The translations under genes were made by a program, and so were the position numbers. The notes below the pieces were generated by a model. The model ran no database searches. It saw nothing but the letters and a program-made list of their open reading frames with translations, and was not told where the DNA came from. Positions 27,221-41,451 of a DNA stretch of 64,000 nucleotides are shown here, piece after piece (position 1 is the first letter of the stretch; each line of letters starts with the position of its first letter). The DNA lies in the NCBI GenBank assembly GCA_043228905.1, contig JBHGNT010000003.1, positions 7,068,001 to 7,132,000 of the forward strand, read 5' to 3'. This DNA comes from Azolla caroliniana (lineage: Eukaryota; Plantae; Polypodiophyta).

Positions 27221-29740
27221 ATGCTCGACTGTAATTACAGTAATGACCATCATAATCATAACAGCACTAGTACCCAAGGCATCGTGTCCATCCTTCTCTC
27301 CTCTGCAGATCTGTCCAAGCTCGACCTCTCACAGCTTCAGCTTTGCAGTATCCATGGAAACCCTGTCATGGCTGATCAAATTTCCTGCCTCTCTCCTCCT
27401 CCATCTTCTCCCTTAATAGTTTCTGCATCTTCGTCTTCAACTTATTTTTCAGAAAATTCTTCATCTTCATCTTCTGCCGCTGATTCGTCTTCATCCTGTG
27501 CTTCTTCGTCTTCTGCTTTTTCATTAACTTCGTTCACTACTTCTCCTGTATCCATTCCCACTCACGGACAGTACCGTCTTGCCGAGCCCAGCTATGGCGA
27601 TGATTTCTCTTTCCCAACTCCTCACCGCGTCCTGAATGGTACAAACAATCCCACTGAAGAAACAGTGGATTCGTCTTATCGCAAAGTAGACGACATCACT
27701 GTGGAATTGAACTTCCCTACCCTGGTCACGAACAAAGCAGAAAGCACCTACGCAGAGAGCGAAATGATCAGATCAAACAGCAGTAGGAAGAAGAAGAAGA
27801 ATACATCAGCGATGGTGGCACCTCTAGAGCTGGAGGAGAAAGCCATGGTGATAAGGAAGACGCATATGGTGAGAAGTTCGATGATGAAGACGGCGAGGAA
27901 TAAGCTTAGAGGTAACGATGTGCAGAATGAAGGTGAAGATGGAGATGAAGATGACGATGAAGATGAAGATGAAGATGGTGATGAAGCAATCCCTGTGATT
28001 GATCTTCAGTCTTCACCTGCTGCGAGGTTTCTGCTACAAGTTAGGATGCCAGGGGAGCTCAGTACGCCCTCTGGTATGTCGACCGCGCACATGGCTGCCA
28101 TTCCTTTCCTCTGGGAAGATCAACCAGGCAGACCTAAACAGCTATCCCCTCCTCCTTCTCCTTCTCCTCTTCCGCCTCCTCTTCCTCTTGATCTCATCAA
28201 GCTTCCATCGCCATCTCCATCTCCATCTCCATCTCGTAACTATATACCCCTTCCCCCTCGCCTTCTCCTCGCTAACCATTCTTCTTCTCCTGTGGTTGAC
28301 GCATCCTTTTCTTCTTCTTCTTCTTCTAGATCGTCTTATCTTACTTCTACTGTTCCGTCCTCATCTTCTTCGCCTTTTCCTGCTTCCAGAAAGCTCAACG
28401 TCGCCTCTCTCGTCAATATTTTCTGCAGATCAGCAGCAAAGGCACAGCAGAGAAGTGGTGATAATTGTGATGGATCAAACCAGAAGAAGAAGAGGAAGGC
28501 ATTTCCCACCACAAGTTATAGCTTCCATGGTGCTTTCAGGAAGAACGACAGGGTGAGCGGTCCCTTGAGCACCATGACCATTGCGGAGAGCAGCATCTCG
28601 TCTCTGCTTCCATTAGGAGCCGATGGATGTGTGGAAGAGAGTGTATGTAATTCTGTCTCATCTCAAGGTAGCCATAGCCACTCAGACACTCTGAAAGTGC
28701 AGAGTAAGTTAATGTCTGGATCACCATCCAGAAGTGGAATACCTTCTTCTGAGATATCCAATAACAGAAAGGAGATGAAGCAGAAAGCGAAGAAGAAGAA
28801 GAAGGGGAGCTATAACTTCTTCCTCAAGCTGCCTAGGACAGGCTCTAGAGTCATTGTAAGCATCTACAAAATACCCAGAAGCACAAATTACCTTCTTGAA
28901 TGCATCAGAGAATGCTCAGTGAATGATACTTCATTTATGCCTGTGATGAATGAAATGAAGGATTTTGTTGCAGTTCTCAAAGGAAATGATGCATATATAT
29001 TAAGAAGCATGAACATTAGATACATATATGCATATGCACATACATATACATATTGTTCTCAATGGATATATGATCACAATATTATGAAAAGCATTATTAT
29101 GTACTGTTACTATAGTTAGTTCTCAATAGATAGGATGGATGCATCTTCTTCTTCATCATCATCATCATCAATGGAAGCAGTATATCATTCTAAAAGACCA
29201 GATAATGCAATATATCATGAAACACTAGATACTTTTAACTCTCAAATGCATATTGATCACAATATCAGTATAATTAGTTCTCAATAGATAGGATGCATCA
29301 TCATCATCATCAATGGAAGCAGTATATCATTCTAAAAGACCAGATAATGCAATATATCATGAAACACTAGATACTTTTAACTCTCAAATGCATATTGATC
29401 ACAATATCAGTATAATTAGTTCTCAATAGATAGGATGCATCATCATCATCATCAATGGAAGCAGTATATCATTCTAAAAGGCCAGACCATATCCTGAAAC
29501 ACTAGATACTTTTTCACTCTCAAATGCATATTGTTGTTATGATTTATGGTGCTACATCACGATGGATGATACAAAAGCAAGCATTCTCATGTTAAGGCAT
29601 GTCTCTCTTTTCTTTTCCTGTTTTTTTAGGTTGCAGCATATAAAGCCATAAGGCGAGCTCTGCGTCGCAAGAGGACCTCCAACCGATCGAAGCTCGTCTT
29701 CAGCCATTCAACATTGGAGTATCATAACCTCGATTCATAG
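27221..29740 (+). CDS. DUF688-type Ser/Pro-rich intrinsically disordered protein, two exons
   Basis: Signature AAIPFLWEDQPGRPK followed by LPPRL; exon 1 27221-28855 (GTAAG donor), exon 2 29630-29740 (VAAYKAIRRALRRKR..stop) in phase 0; start codon uncertain. Confidence 0.75.
29117..29532. repeat. Intronic tandem repeat, ~142-bp unit, 3 copies
   Basis: TAGTTCTCAATAGATAGGATG..CATCAATGGAAGCAGTATATCATTCTAAAAG.. starts near 29117, 29275 and 29417. Confidence 0.9.
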
Positions 29741-32496
29741 ATTTCCACATATGATATAATGATGCAATCTCTGAAGATTAGACTTGTAAAATCCACACCA
29801 TGTTTTCCTGTTGTCATGGGTACCTATCTATCTATGACAAACTTTTATCTATCTATATGCATACTTAGGTGTGTAAAGCAAAGCCAAAATAACATGCCAT
29901 AAATTGAAAGCCTTATAATCCACATACAAAGATTCATGAACTTTTATAAATAAAGTAGTTAGAAGTTTAAGACATAAACTTAATACACCATGCTTCTTTC
30001 TCTCTTTCTCCAGAACTATTATGTCTCTAGTTTGTGGAAAATGCTTTATTTCCTCTCCCCCTCACCCTGATTGCATTCCTACCTTCATCATATTCTGTGC
30101 TAATGGATGCCTACCATGCTTTCATAATGCTTTGGGGGTATGTGTGTATACACAATTGAATGATTATAAGCTTGGAAAGCTTGGATTTTTGGATTAGACA
30201 ATTTCCCAAGTTTCCTAGCCAAATGTTTCCAATACTCAATGCAATGGACATGCATGTCTTCGCACTGGAACATGCGTTGTCTTTGTGCCGAAGTTTCGTT
30301 GTAGCCTTTCTAAGGAGACATAAAATCGATGCATACTTTACAAACTCTAAAGAAGTACATGTGTGTTCGTAAGGCCTGGTTATACCTTATTCGATGGAGC
30401 ACCATGGGGACCATAGTTCTCAATGTACCCCAAGTAACTGCCACCTCCACACAATAGCAAATTCTCACTCCGCGTAGTACCCCTTGTAGGACCATTCCAT
30501 ACATATATGAGATAGTTTATTTGGTGGGCCTAGAACATTGATTGAACTTTTTATGTTCCTAGTAGTTTTTATGTTAGGTTTCTACTTAGTAGTAAATGTA
30601 ATAAATTTATTTTACAAATATATTACCCTTTTTTGGATGCATTTTTACAATATCTTAACTTATTGGCCAATGCCGTATGGCTCTGAGTTTTGGTGATTGT
30701 CTGTTGTCTAGTTCCTATTGTTCTTCTAACTTTGGTAACTATTCACATGCACTACATTGCTATGGTACCCAAAAGAAGTATATTGCACATGGTAGGGTTC
30801 GGAGAATCATGAAGCTTGCATAAGCGACCAGTCACCACTATCCACACAAATTGCTTGTATCTTACCTCTTGCTAGATTGCCCACACTCTATCAATCACCT
30901 ACCAAACATATCAATCTTATCCTCACAAGTTATAAAATCCCAACTAGTGTTGCTTCCACCTTGATGATGCTATCAAAAACACTCAATGATCGCCCCTTTC
31001 TTACTCGTAAGCTTTGTATTCATACACCATTCACCATTTAGAAAAGTTACAAGCTTTGTGATACAAGATAGAAGGCTTACAAACATCTATATTTAAACGC
31101 TACAAGCATGTTTTAGCCAGAAAGTTAGATCCATTGGTTGATAGACCAATAATCATGTTCCACCTTAAATAAGCGTCCTCTCTACTTAAAGACACCACTC
31201 AATTTCCTAACCTAGCCTATGTCCACATCATATACATTGTCGCCATCTTGCCATATTCACATGTGCCGGGCAACAATCAATACACACACAAATGCTAGTG
31301 TTGGAACATTTACACCAAGCGTGTGGAGTTGGTAAGTTACTCTCCAACTGTTTTAATGATGTGCATTGTTATTGAAAGCGCAAATCGTTACCAACCAAAG
31401 AAAATTGTAAGAATTGATTATTGTTAAAACCATGGTGAAAACAGTTATTAAAGGTAGGGCATCACAATTGAGTGTGATTAATGAGTCTCCTCATAACAAT
31501 CCCTTAAAGGAAATGTGTGGAAAGCAAAATATGAACAGAAGCCCCTTAAATGCAGAACGAACATACTTTTTTACATGGTTAATGTATCTCATTAAATTTC
31601 CTCATAGAAGTGATTGTGAGCTGAATTTTAAGGAAGAAAGGGCACGTTGACAACCAAGGATGGTCTTTAGCATGTATGACCACTTACAATTTTCATGATT
31701 ACAAAGGTGACAATTTCATACTTCTGTACAACATGGGATTCCACCCTTCTTCCAAACTGTGACTGAAAGACATTATAGAACTGGTAGGATATAATCTTTG
31801 CAGAGGAATCATGAACACATAATCATATGATTTGCCTAAGACATCATGAAGCAATCATGATGCATCTCAATCTTCCAAAACATGCAAAATATGACATCAA
31901 TGTTTTTTAGGGAAGACCATATATGACACGTGTCATGGCAGCAGAAACATTGTCAAGGGTATTCACTACTTGCAGCCCCGAATAGTGTCATGGCAGTAGA
32001 AACATTATCCAGAGTATTAACCACTATATAAACACTTTTCAAAGGCTTGCAAAACTATCTGTTTGAATCCTGTTAAAAAACAAATTGATAAAAAAAACTT
32101 TCAATGGCAAAACAATTCTATTACAAAATTTGAATCACAGCTGTGTTGTTGAGATGAGCGTTTGGCATCCACAACATAGCTCGATCAATGTGATTTCTCC
32201 CTGTTATAAAGGGGAAGATATTTCCACCTTTAAACACCAGAGATTTTGATGATCATGAGCTCTCGACATTGTACAACATGTGCTTTTCGACCTCACAATA
32301 TAAACACATCCCTGCACATGTGCTATGTGGGTATATTAATAAAGAGATAAAGAGGCAATTATGTGTTCACAATTCCTCTACTGTCATATGATCCCTCCCG
32401 ACACCAAAGCACTGAAGAGAAGCCTGACACAATGGCTGAAGCAACCCTTGTAAAGATTGCAGGATTTCTCAGACACGATCCCTTTTGACATCAAAA

Positions 32497-35400
32497 TCAT
32501 TGAAGAGAAGCACGAAGTAATGGCTGAAGCAACCCTTGTAAAGATTGCAGGCTTTCCTGAAGACGAACTTCATCTCGAACCTTTTCTCTTAAAACCGATA
32601 CCTAAAGCATATAACTAACCACTTGACTTTTCCATTTTAATAATCAAATTAAGATTGAAAACAAAGTTAAGTTCTCAAAATATGATGCAAAACAACCACT
32701 ATATGTGTTCTGGATTAATAAGAACAAATGTTGTGCTCCAACTAAAGTAATCATTTCATTATGAGAAGGACATTGCGCTCAGGCATGAAGTATAGTCTAA
32801 ATCTGTGCAAGTTGTCCAATCTGAATCTCTAATTCTATCACATGCATGTATAAACAAATAGGTAACTTGGAAGTGAAAAGAGAAGTCGATATTTACCTGA
32901 TGCAAAATTGATGTACTCTGAGTAAAATCTGAAGAACATTTGTCAAGCACCTTATGTGCAAATGGAACTAGTACCCTTGAAAATTTGGGAATTGTCACAT
33001 ACCTATGAAACAAAATTTGGGAATTGTCACAGACAATAGGTGAATCTACGAAATGATCAATTAAAATGTAGCAGAAGTAAATCAGCAAGCAAAATCCAAA
33101 CGCATAAGACAGAGGGTATCACAAAGTATTATCAATACCACAAATCATTTGCCCCAGATTCTCCAATTTAAAAATTTCAAGCATTTGATAAGGCTATTAT
33201 AATGCTTCTAAGACAGACTTCTGCTAGGAGAAAAATTAGTTCCTAGTCTTGTTGAATGAATCATTTGTCTTCAACCCTTTTAATAATTGTATAAACTTCC
33301 CTATACTTTAGCATGGAGGGTACATAACTTCTTGTCATAAAGTGACAGCGTTCTGTATATAATGACTTCTGCTCTTTTTCGAACACACCTACATGAACTA
33401 TAGAGGAGGAGATCACAGTGAAAGAACTGGTTCTGAAGGCAATGGGTAAAAAACTGCTCTTTATAGCAGAGAAACCAATAGAATAATAGTAAAGACAATC
33501 CAGAGTTGCCAAAACCCTCCAAAGCAAGGACATGCGGCAACTCTGTAGATATCAGGGACTTTATGCAGGGAACTGCCCAGACAGAGACGGTTGTCACAAA
33601 CACGAACAGGTCAGTGCCTTCTAGGATAGTGCTTTGCTCTCTGCAGATGCATCCAAAATTATCAGAATAGCAAGACGCAATCTCCTATATACTTCCCCCA
33701 TACTTTCTCTTCAGCATGATGGCAACAGATTATTCATCTCTTTTGAGTCAAGGGGATCTTATACAGATGTGATTCAAGCTTCTTGTTCCTAAATTTATGT
33801 AAATGAATAAAGAATCAACCAGTTACTTTCTTCCTTCAAATAACACAGAAAAAGTGGCACTGCCAGCAAGTGCATTCTAAACCAACCAACAAAGCTTCAG
33901 CGGGCTTATTAATGCATCTCTGAGAAAGAAGACTGAGGAAGAAAAGAAACTCACAATAACCCACTTAACGAAAATACATATATTTTGCACATGGAAGAAC
34001 ATTACATGACAACATGAGACATGCTTACTTATGCAAGAAAATTAGAAGTAGCTCCAGTGATGCCACATCCAGGTTAGATATTGATGAAATCAACCCCTGA
34101 CGAAAAACTAACTCTTCCATCACAGCAACTATCACCTGCAACAGCAAAACATTACGTTTAGCATGAATTACGTTACAACATCAAGTTGTAATATAAGAAT
34201 ACAAAACAATAGAATTTCTTTACTCATCCATACGCAAACTATTCAAACAATGGAAACAGTTTAGTACTAAAAGTATGCAACATATCATTATAAAATAAGT
34301 ACTAACAGTGGGATCGGCTGTCTTTAGAGCCGAAACAAGTGCATCCTTGTGTTGAAATTTGCGAAAAAATTTGTCATGCTCTGCAAGACGAGGTAGTCGT
34401 TGGCGTTTTACAATGTAATCTCCTTCCTGTATTCACCAGTGATTAGTTACTGAAAAACACAAGTAGCTAGAGGACCAACTCTTGCTCATACCGTGGCTTT
34501 CTCTGTGCGTCCTCGCAGAAAATAGCGGTAATTACTGGGCCGCAATACTTTCTCTGTTTTTGGCTGTTCCTGGATAACTCCTGAAACACTTCCAGCAACC
34601 TCTGAATCAGCCACTACCATCTTCCTTTTCTGACGAATAAACAGATCTCCAGATGATGTCCCGACAGCCATTGTCCACATTGACTGGGAAAGGTCCATTG
34701 ACATAATTGGGGATGGGTATTTTGAAGCATGTACTACCTGGTACAAATCAATTAACCACTCCATAAGAACTTTTGACAGTAAACCTTCATTCTTGACGAT
34801 TATCTGTGCATTTTCTATATCATAATAAAAGCTGAGCAAGCTTTCAGAAAGATAGACTATACATCATTACAAGGACAAAAAGAAAATACCTTAAAATCGC
34901 TGATGTCAAACACCTTGACATGGCCGTCCAAAGACCCCGTCAAAAGCCGTGGTGCAAGTGTTGTGTCAGATTGACTCAATTTCATTGATGGAGTAAGGCA
35001 TAAACATGTCACAGTTTTTTGATGGCTTTTGAGCGCATGCAAAAGCTTTCCACCTCCCAAAACATCCCAGATCTTCACAACATTACCTCCTGTATATGAA
35101 TAAAACATTACATATCTTCACAAAATTATGATCTCTATGTAACGAGGACAAAATTTGAACAGATCAAGATCAAAGATTATGCTTCTTTACACCTAAGTAT
35201 TCAATAAGAATTGTTATTCATAAATGAAGGTTTGGTGTTAAAACAGCCCATACCAGCTGTGGCAATTAGGCCCCCAGATGGAAAAAACAGAACATCTTCA
35301 AGTGGCTTTCCATGCTGATTATCACAGACAATACATCACATAGTAAATATGCTGAGGTTGCAATGTGTTTCTGAAACACCTTATTGGATATTCGATTAAG

Positions 35401-38400
35401 GTTAAGGTAGAAAAAAAAAGAACCTGAATCTGTAGAGCAGTTTTTTCTGTCCGTAAATCCCACAAATTTACTGTATGATCATATGATCCTGTAGCCCTTG
35501 GGAGTAGATTATGAGAAGTTAAAATTAAATGATGATATCCACTGCTAGCAGTAAACAGTTAATTAATTGTCATGATCAAATACATAATAAAACGGTTCTA
35601 AACTACCAGAGGTCTGCACTTGATGGATGTGCAGATCCACTACGGACATAGTCAGTATGACCCTCTAGTTTCAGCAACTCAGTCTGCATTTTACAAAATA
35701 AATCGTAAATGCTCACAACCATTAAAATTTAAAACAATGCGATGAATATATTAAATGACCTACCTGGGTTGCCACATCCCACCACCGGACCGTGTTATCA
35801 TCACTTCCTGAAAGCAAATGTAGCTTGTCTGATGGAGAGTAACGTACCCAGTGCACAGCCCTGTTCCACAAATATTACTATATTGAACACACTAATCATT
35901 GACAGACCTAAGAGTGAATACTCATATTTTTTTCCTTTAATCAAATATAGATGAAATGCACTCCCCAGTAGATTACTATACTTCCACTGGCATACAATCA
36001 TGTTTTTTGCAGTTGGAAAGGAAACAGCTCATTAAAAAGGGTCTGTGCGCTGTGGGCTGAAGGCTGTGGGCTGCAGTGTGAGGAGAAAACTATAGCTGAG
36101 TGTTGGATTCTAGAATGACTAAATATATACACTGCAGTATTAGGCAGCTATTACCTTGTATAACTGACTTAGTATTTATTTCAAAAGCAGAGGATAAATC
36201 ACAATTGTTTTAGATAGTAACAATGTTTTAGATGACCAACTAAATAGTGAAGAGAATGAGACAAATAACTACATGCTTCAAAGTTACCAGCACAGCATGG
36301 GGCTGTGCGCTGTGGGCTGTGGGCTGTGAGCTGTGGGCTGCAGTGTGAGGAGAAAACTATAGCTGAGTGTTGGATTCTAGAATGACTAAATATATACACA
36401 GCAGGATTAGGCAGCTATTACCTTGTGTGACCTTTCAATTGACGAAGAACTAGTCTACTATTCATGTCAAAGGCCTGCATGAACAGACACAGCATTGTCA
36501 GCATATATAGGAGATTAATTGCATAGCAATCAAGGAATGCATCTTTACATAAATATAACCATTAAACAAGCATGCAAATTGCTGTTTTTTTGCAAACAGA
36601 AAATTTAATGTCTTCTTCAATCTTAAGTCCATAAATACGCATGGGTTGAATTTTCAGGCACCTAAATGATGATAACCCAACCATTCAAGAAAAGTTCCCA
36701 CAAGTATGGAAGGTTGAAATAGTATAGTTTAAGGACACCTTGTATATGTTCAGGATCAATCCACTCACATACACAAATATGCATAGAAATGAATACACAA
36801 ATACCTGAATAATCCCCATCTCACCACCAGCAACAAGCAGTTGCCCATCAGGTCGAAAAACACCAGAATAAGCCTGGTTGCAGCAAAATTAGACACAACA
36901 TATCAAAATCATTGACAAATGATCCACCACATAAGCATGAAAATATTGTTAAAGGTAGCATTCCATTTCAGTAATGCATGAAATGGTCTTAAAAGCTGTA
37001 GCTAAAACATATATTTCAAAAAAAAAACTCATTTACCCAAGAAACTTATTTTTATGATGAACGTTTGGAAATACTTCAGGGAATAAATCTGAGAGAAATA
37101 TTTATTTTTCCTACTACATTTGTTGGGTTTTCTTGTAAGGAGTATATATTCCATGGATGAAAAGGAAATTCTGCTGATAGCTGTAAAATGTAACCTATCA
37201 CATCAATGACTTGCGAACTGGTCTTAAAAGCTGCAAAATTGAAACTTACCACATCAGTAAAACGTGAAATGGTTTTCTTCACTTTGCAAGTTTCACCATC
37301 ATAGACAGTAACCTGCACAAAGAATCAGACATAAAAGAAAAACGTTCAAGTATTTGTCAAATGGTCTCTAAGATTCATAGCACCACAAATTTCATCCATA
37401 CTAATCAAAATTATCCATAAGCAAGGACCCTTTTATTGTAAAATCCTCATGTAGTATATCCATGGATACACCATTTTCCGTCCTTATATGTCTTATGACA
37501 TTTTCGTGATGCAATGATGATTATGGTTTTTTATATATGTACGTATATACTCATATTTTTTATATTGATACTCATGACACTATCTCCTTCTTTTGACAAT
37601 GCATTCCACAAGTTGCAATCCATGAACTATAACGTGCCTTATTGGGATATCAATGATTATATGCAACTAAAACTTCTAGGTGTTAACGAGCTTCTCAGCA
37701 ACCTTCCAAGTTCAACCACAAGGAACATAATCTAATGAATCAACCAAGTAATCTAATTTGTTGCACACGACCTTGGTGTCCAAAATGGACTCACCTTGTA
37801 TTCTGGACCATCAACAAGTTAAAAGGAGGTTTTCTTTTTAGCACAAACTTTTAGTGAATAAGAATCTTATTTGACTCGGGTTTGCTATGAAACTCTCTAT
37901 TATCTTTTCTTCTCCTATTTTTTTCTCTATGCTGAACCTCTCTTGAAAGTTGAAATCACAATTCCAAGTGGCAAACTCTCAATCATTCTTTTATTTTTGT
38001 CTACTTATCACTAGGCAATAATCTACTAACGTCATACATGCTCAGCTCACTTTGGAGCCCTCATCATCTTAGAGAGGCCCATGCTAGAGACCTTTTGAAG
38101 GAAAGAATTTAACCAGGAAATAATCACCAAACACCAAAGGTTCTTACCTCACTTCAGACCCCTCTTAATCTCAAAGATTGTCCATGCTAGGGACTTTTTG
38201 AATGCAAAGATTTTAGACCATCTAAACTCAGGCATTGAATGTTTAAATACCTAAAATATCTATCATGTAATGCCGTTTTTACTGATTTAGCTACATTTAC
38301 TTTGGTTTCTTCTCAAAGATAAGAGAATTTTTTAAGATGTGTTGTTGAGTCTTACAGGCCATTCTGACCTCTAAAGTCAGTAAACATATCTTTCTTTCTT

Positions 38401-38988
38401 CGTATTGAACCTCCCATGAATGCTGACATCACAATTCCAGTAATGAAAACAAAAAAAGAAACTGTGCAAAGAAGAAAGAAAAACTTGAAAAACAAAAAGC
38501 ACCTACAAAGACAACAGAAAGAGAAACTTGCCAACATTAAACATAAAAAATAGCAACTTTGCACAAAAAATTGAAGAATGCTTTAGCAAGTAAACAGCAA
38601 TTTTTGCACATAAAGTAAACAGTTGCCAAGTAGCACATAAAATCTTGCACAGAGAACAGATAAGATAAGCAACCAAAAAGAAGAAGCGACTCTGTAAGAT
38701 TAACAAGACAAAAACTTGCTAACTACAAAAGAATCATCCCAGAAAAAGAAGAATAAAAAGAAAGGAAACAAGTTATAATATACATACCCGAGTAGAAGAA
38801 GTAACCGCAAAGTGATACGGAGGTTCTGGACAGAAATGTATGCTTGAAACTGATGCGATCTGCTTCTGGATGTCCTTGGAAGAGAAAGATTTCCAGTACT
38901 TCGACTCAGCGGCCCGGGGATTCCTAGACCCGGAGAACTTCTTTGCCTTCACAGGTCTGTAGTCTGTGATCATCATCTCTCCGTCCAT
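32497..38988 (-). CDS. UTP15: U3 snoRNA-associated protein 15 (WD40; SLOW WALKER1 homologue)
   Basis: About 14 exons: ESKYWKSF..FAVTSSTR (38788-38988), TISRFTDV (37250-37312), AYSGVFRPDGQLLVAG (36805-36873), LRQLKGH, LLSGSDDNTVRWWD, GHTDYVRS, TGSYDHTVNLWD, HGKPLEDVLFFPSGG, GNVVKIWD..HQKTVT..SLDGHVKVFD, RYFLRG, HDKFFRKFQHKDAL and UTP15 C-terminal domain, stop at 32497. Confidence 0.93.
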
Positions 38989-39127
38989 CGCTGCAAAAAC
39001 CTTCTGTTACGTCTTCTTCTTCTTCTGCTTCTTCTGCTTCTGCATAAACCCTCGCCTCCTGAAAACGTTCTACGGAAGAAGAAACAAACAAAATGAAGTA
39101 AAAAACAGAGCATGGGCAATTCAACAT

Positions 39128-39360
39128 AGTTTTCCTAAATTACAGAATATGCCCTTCTCCACCAGCTTTCTCTTCTCCTCCTCCTCCTTCTTCTTTGTGG
39201 TAAGCTTGGTTTCCTAAATTACAGATTATGCCCTTCTGCACCAGCTATCTCTTCTTTCTTCTTCTAATTATTCTTCTTCTCGGTGGCTAGCTAATTTTCC
39301 TAAATTACAGAATATGCCCTTCTCCACCAGCCTTCTCTTCTTCTTCTTCTTCTTCCTAAA
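39128..39360. repeat. Three ~80-90-bp direct repeats upstream of UTP15
   Basis: TTTCCTAAATTACAGA(A/T)TATGCCCTTCT(C/G)CACCAGC..(CTT)n at about 39132, 39210 and 39296. Confidence 0.85.
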
Positions 39361-41451
39361 TTTTGTTGTATATAGACATCAAATAAGGAATGTAATAATA
39401 AAGAAGAATTAAACCTCAATGGAACTCGATCAATCTTTGTAAATATCTACCCCTTTTTTATTAAACTCAAAACATATTCACTAAAATAGGAATATAGGCC
39501 TCCAACGGCCTACCGAAATTCCTCTGACTCGGCTCACCCAATTTGAACTCCATTTGATACGGCTCTTGGCTTCTTCAACTGATTGGGGCCTATGTTCAAC
39601 TTGTCTCTCAACACTCCCCCTCAAGATCAACTCAAGGTCCCACCGTGTCAACTTTGGTTGGTTTGTCACTCCAACCTCTTCTAGCGTCTTGACACCTTGC
39701 TTGTGCTCCTCGTCCAATCCGGTGTCGTGAAGTACAAAAGCTTCACATTAAAAGTCTACAATAAGATAAATACGTAACTAAAATAAAATTTGATAATGTT
39801 AACACATATGATAATATTATATATATGTAAAGAAAAATTATATATATATATATTATATTACACAAACAACAGAGGACTTGAACGAATAACCCCACCCTAT
39901 GACTTTCAAATCTTACCATTTACTCTATACTAATAATATATATAAGATAAAGGATTTGCTTCATGATATAAAAACGACGTTACATGTTGTATTCAATAAT
40001 ATTTGAGAGACTCGAACCCACAACCTCATATACCAAAGTCAACACACCTACTATATTTTCATGTTTATTCTTACGCCATATATTTTTTCATACATGAAAG
40101 CTCAAATGAGCGAGATGCCTATCATGCATCACATGCACTACATGCATGACTTGTACCCTCCAATGCATCATATGCATGGGGGCACCTATTTAAATGGTGA
40201 AAGAGAAGATCAAAGGGGGAGAAGTATGAGATATCAATCAAATATATATTACATAAGAGATACCATAAAATAGAAAAAGAAAGGAAGAAGTTCAACATAA
40301 AGGTGGAGCTCTAGCTTGGCGATCGTGGTGGTCAACTCTCAACAAGAGGGAGGCGGTTCGAGCCTTATCTTCATCAAAATATTGAAGTGAAGATTGGTGT
40401 GGCCTACTATCAAGAAAGAGAAGAGCGATTATCTTGTGAGACCAAGTTCGAAGGATCAACGACGCTTACAACCACTTTTGTAACTCTTTCATCAAATAAT
40501 TATAAATCTCTTTTATTCATTCAAGTATCATTCAATATCCTATCTTGTCATATCTTGTTGATCTCTATTTACTCTATCTCTACTCTTTCGTCTCTTCCGT
40601 CCATAATCCCAGTGATTCCTTCCTCACTTTCACGATATCTTTTGTCTATGCAACGCTACGCTTCTAGGCAAGCCACGTCACGACACAATTTGGTGAACCT
40701 GACGTGAAACGGGGAAGTAGAAGAGACATCTAAAGTAAAGATCAACATCAACATGGCAAGTACGAGTACAATGGATCTTGTAAGGTTATTTATTGAAAAA
40801 TTGAATTAGGATAAATTATTTCATGCCTTAGGAGAAGTCCGAGAGAAGATTGGTGTGTTTGATGACACAAATATCTCAAAGTATGTCAATATATATTATG
40901 ATGAAATGGAAATGTTTGGTGTGAATGATGTCAATACGATAGCAAACTTTTTATAAATTAGTGGAAATGGAATTAAGAGATAGAATTCGTGAAATACAAG
41001 CATTACATAGTTTGGATTGGAATGCATTCAAAGAAGCACTTGTGTCTGAATATTCTCATGAAGATTTCTCTCGAGTTACTATGCGTTCATTTCATGAATG
41101 GATCTTAAAAGAAGATAAAGGGTTATATGTGGCTGACACAAAAAAAGAGTTTGATAGGATGTATGGACACTTAAAGCCAAAAGAAAGAAATTCTTTGTCT
41201 TGGCAAAAGGTTGCTTTATTTTTGCAGGCAATTGACAAGAGATATAGAAAAGAATTGGAATTTATGCTTGAAGTGCCAAATACCGAGGATGGTATAACAA
41301 CAGATTGGAATGAGGTAACAAATGCTTGTAATAAATTTATGAAAAGAATGCAAAGGAATGGTGTAATGCTACTTTTAAAGATTGCTTGCGGAAGCGTTAG
41401 AAAGAACAATACACAAAGAGAGAGAGAGAGAGAGAGAGAGAGTAGGACACA

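Noticed and set aside
27179-29119. 646-aa single-exon ORF as given in the track
   Set aside because: Begins at TTG and its last ~87 codons are AT-rich intron after a GTAAG donor; a two-exon model fits better
30190-30560. Possible eroded LINE 3' end
   Set aside because: Only faint similarity, with no interpretable motif or TSD
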